From Fidelibacterota bacterium (GTDB lineage Bacteria; Fidelibacterota; Marinisomatia; Marinisomatales; Marinisomataceae): 27,610 bases of DNA. This document shows positions 27,021 through 27,610 of this stretch, in pieces. The stretch covers positions 1 through 27,610 of the forward strand of contig JABHGE010000030.1 of the NCBI GenBank assembly GCA_018672235.1, in the 5' to 3' direction. Both the position numbers and the translations under genes were made by a program. The first letter of the stretch is position 1. Each line of letters begins with the position of its first letter. The notes below the pieces were generated by a model. It was given only the letters and a program-made list of their open reading frames with translations, did not search any database and had not been told where the DNA came from.

Positions 27021-27610
27021 TTACGTAATGAGCATTGCATCGCCATAACTCAAAAACCTATAATTCTTCTTTTTGGCTTCTCTGTATGACTGTTTTACAA
27101 AATTATACCCTGCAAATGCAGAAGTTAGCATTAAAAGGGTGCTTTCCGGTTGGTGAAAACTAGTAATTAAACCATCCACTATTTTAAACTCATGTGGAGG
27201 GTGAATAAACTTATTAGTCCAACCTTTTTTAGGAGAAATTTGGAATCCTGAAACATTAACTGTTTCTAATGCTCTTACAGTTGATGTTCCTACTGCAAAA
27301 ATTCTTCTTCTTTTCCTTTTAGCTTCATTGATAGCTAGTGCGGTTTCAGGGCTCACTTCAAAATATTCTGAATCCATATGATGCCTATTTAAATCTTCTA
27401 CTTGAACTGGCTTGAAAGTACCAAGGCCGATATGTAAGTAATATTATAAATCCTTACACCCTTCGTTTTAAGAGCTGTGATTAATTCTGGTGTAAAATGC
27501 AACCCAGCAATAGGAGCTGCAACTGCTCCTCTTTTTTCTGCATAAACTGTTTGATATCTTAAGGTATCTTGTTTCGTAGTAGGTCTTTCAATGTATGGTG
27601 GCAATGGTGG
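27021..27610 (-). pseudogene. queA: queA (SAM:tRNA ribosyltransferase-isomerase), 3' part; 1-nt deletion frameshift near 27436-27437; 5' end outside the window
   Basis: PLPPYI, YQTVYA and GLHF are in one frame; [19 protein letters not shown] and YRFLSYGDAM are in another. Restoring one T (ACT TTA CAT) rejoins them. Could be a genuine lesion or a sequencing error. Confidence 0.8.

Noticed and set aside
27425..27450. Programmed ribosomal frameshift in queA
   Set aside because: There is no slippery sequence or stimulatory structure at the site and no known recoding in queA; a simple 1-nt deletion explains it.
1..27610. CRISPR arrays, IS elements, riboswitches, defence systems
   Set aside because: No spaced direct repeats, transposase or nuclease motifs, and no intergenic region long enough (maximum about 68 bp) for a typical structured leader.

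Overview
AT-rich, extremely compact bacterial core-genome segment; the largest intergenic gap is about 68 bp. I found no mobile element, CRISPR array or rRNA. Gene content and style suggest a streamlined marine FCB-superphylum organism, possibly Marinisomatota/SAR406. This is an inference from the Bacteroidota-like LpxC insert, eukaryote-type GSII, Na+-PPase and retained GGAG Shine-Dalgarno sites. Minus-strand blocks: (1) queA(frameshifted, partial)-ispDF-ispE-tRNA-Gln-prs-rplY-pth-hppA-rpsF-rpsR-rplI; (2) glnII-mutY-plsC; (3) ferredoxin-mrp-uppS-bamA-skp-lpxD-lpxC-fabZ-lpxA-dxr-rseP; (4) nfeD-floA-membrane-anchored ORF (partial). Plus-strand inserts: lpxL-like acyltransferase-tsaC-DUF3108, an MFS transporter and a 145-aa orphan. 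Most genes are ordinary housekeeping genes. The most notable oddities are a completely cysteine-free Mrp/ApbC ATPase behind an atypical ferredoxin at the head of the envelope operon, and an orphan with a coiled coil, a DnaT/phage-replication-like helical motif and four Cys beside rplI. Also notable are a MutY with a near-complete Nudix box, an in-frame lpxC|fabZ split, an NfeD lacking its C-terminal OB domain, and a queA with a frameshift plus two conserved-motif substitutions. No complete novel multi-gene system can be demonstrated from sequence alone.
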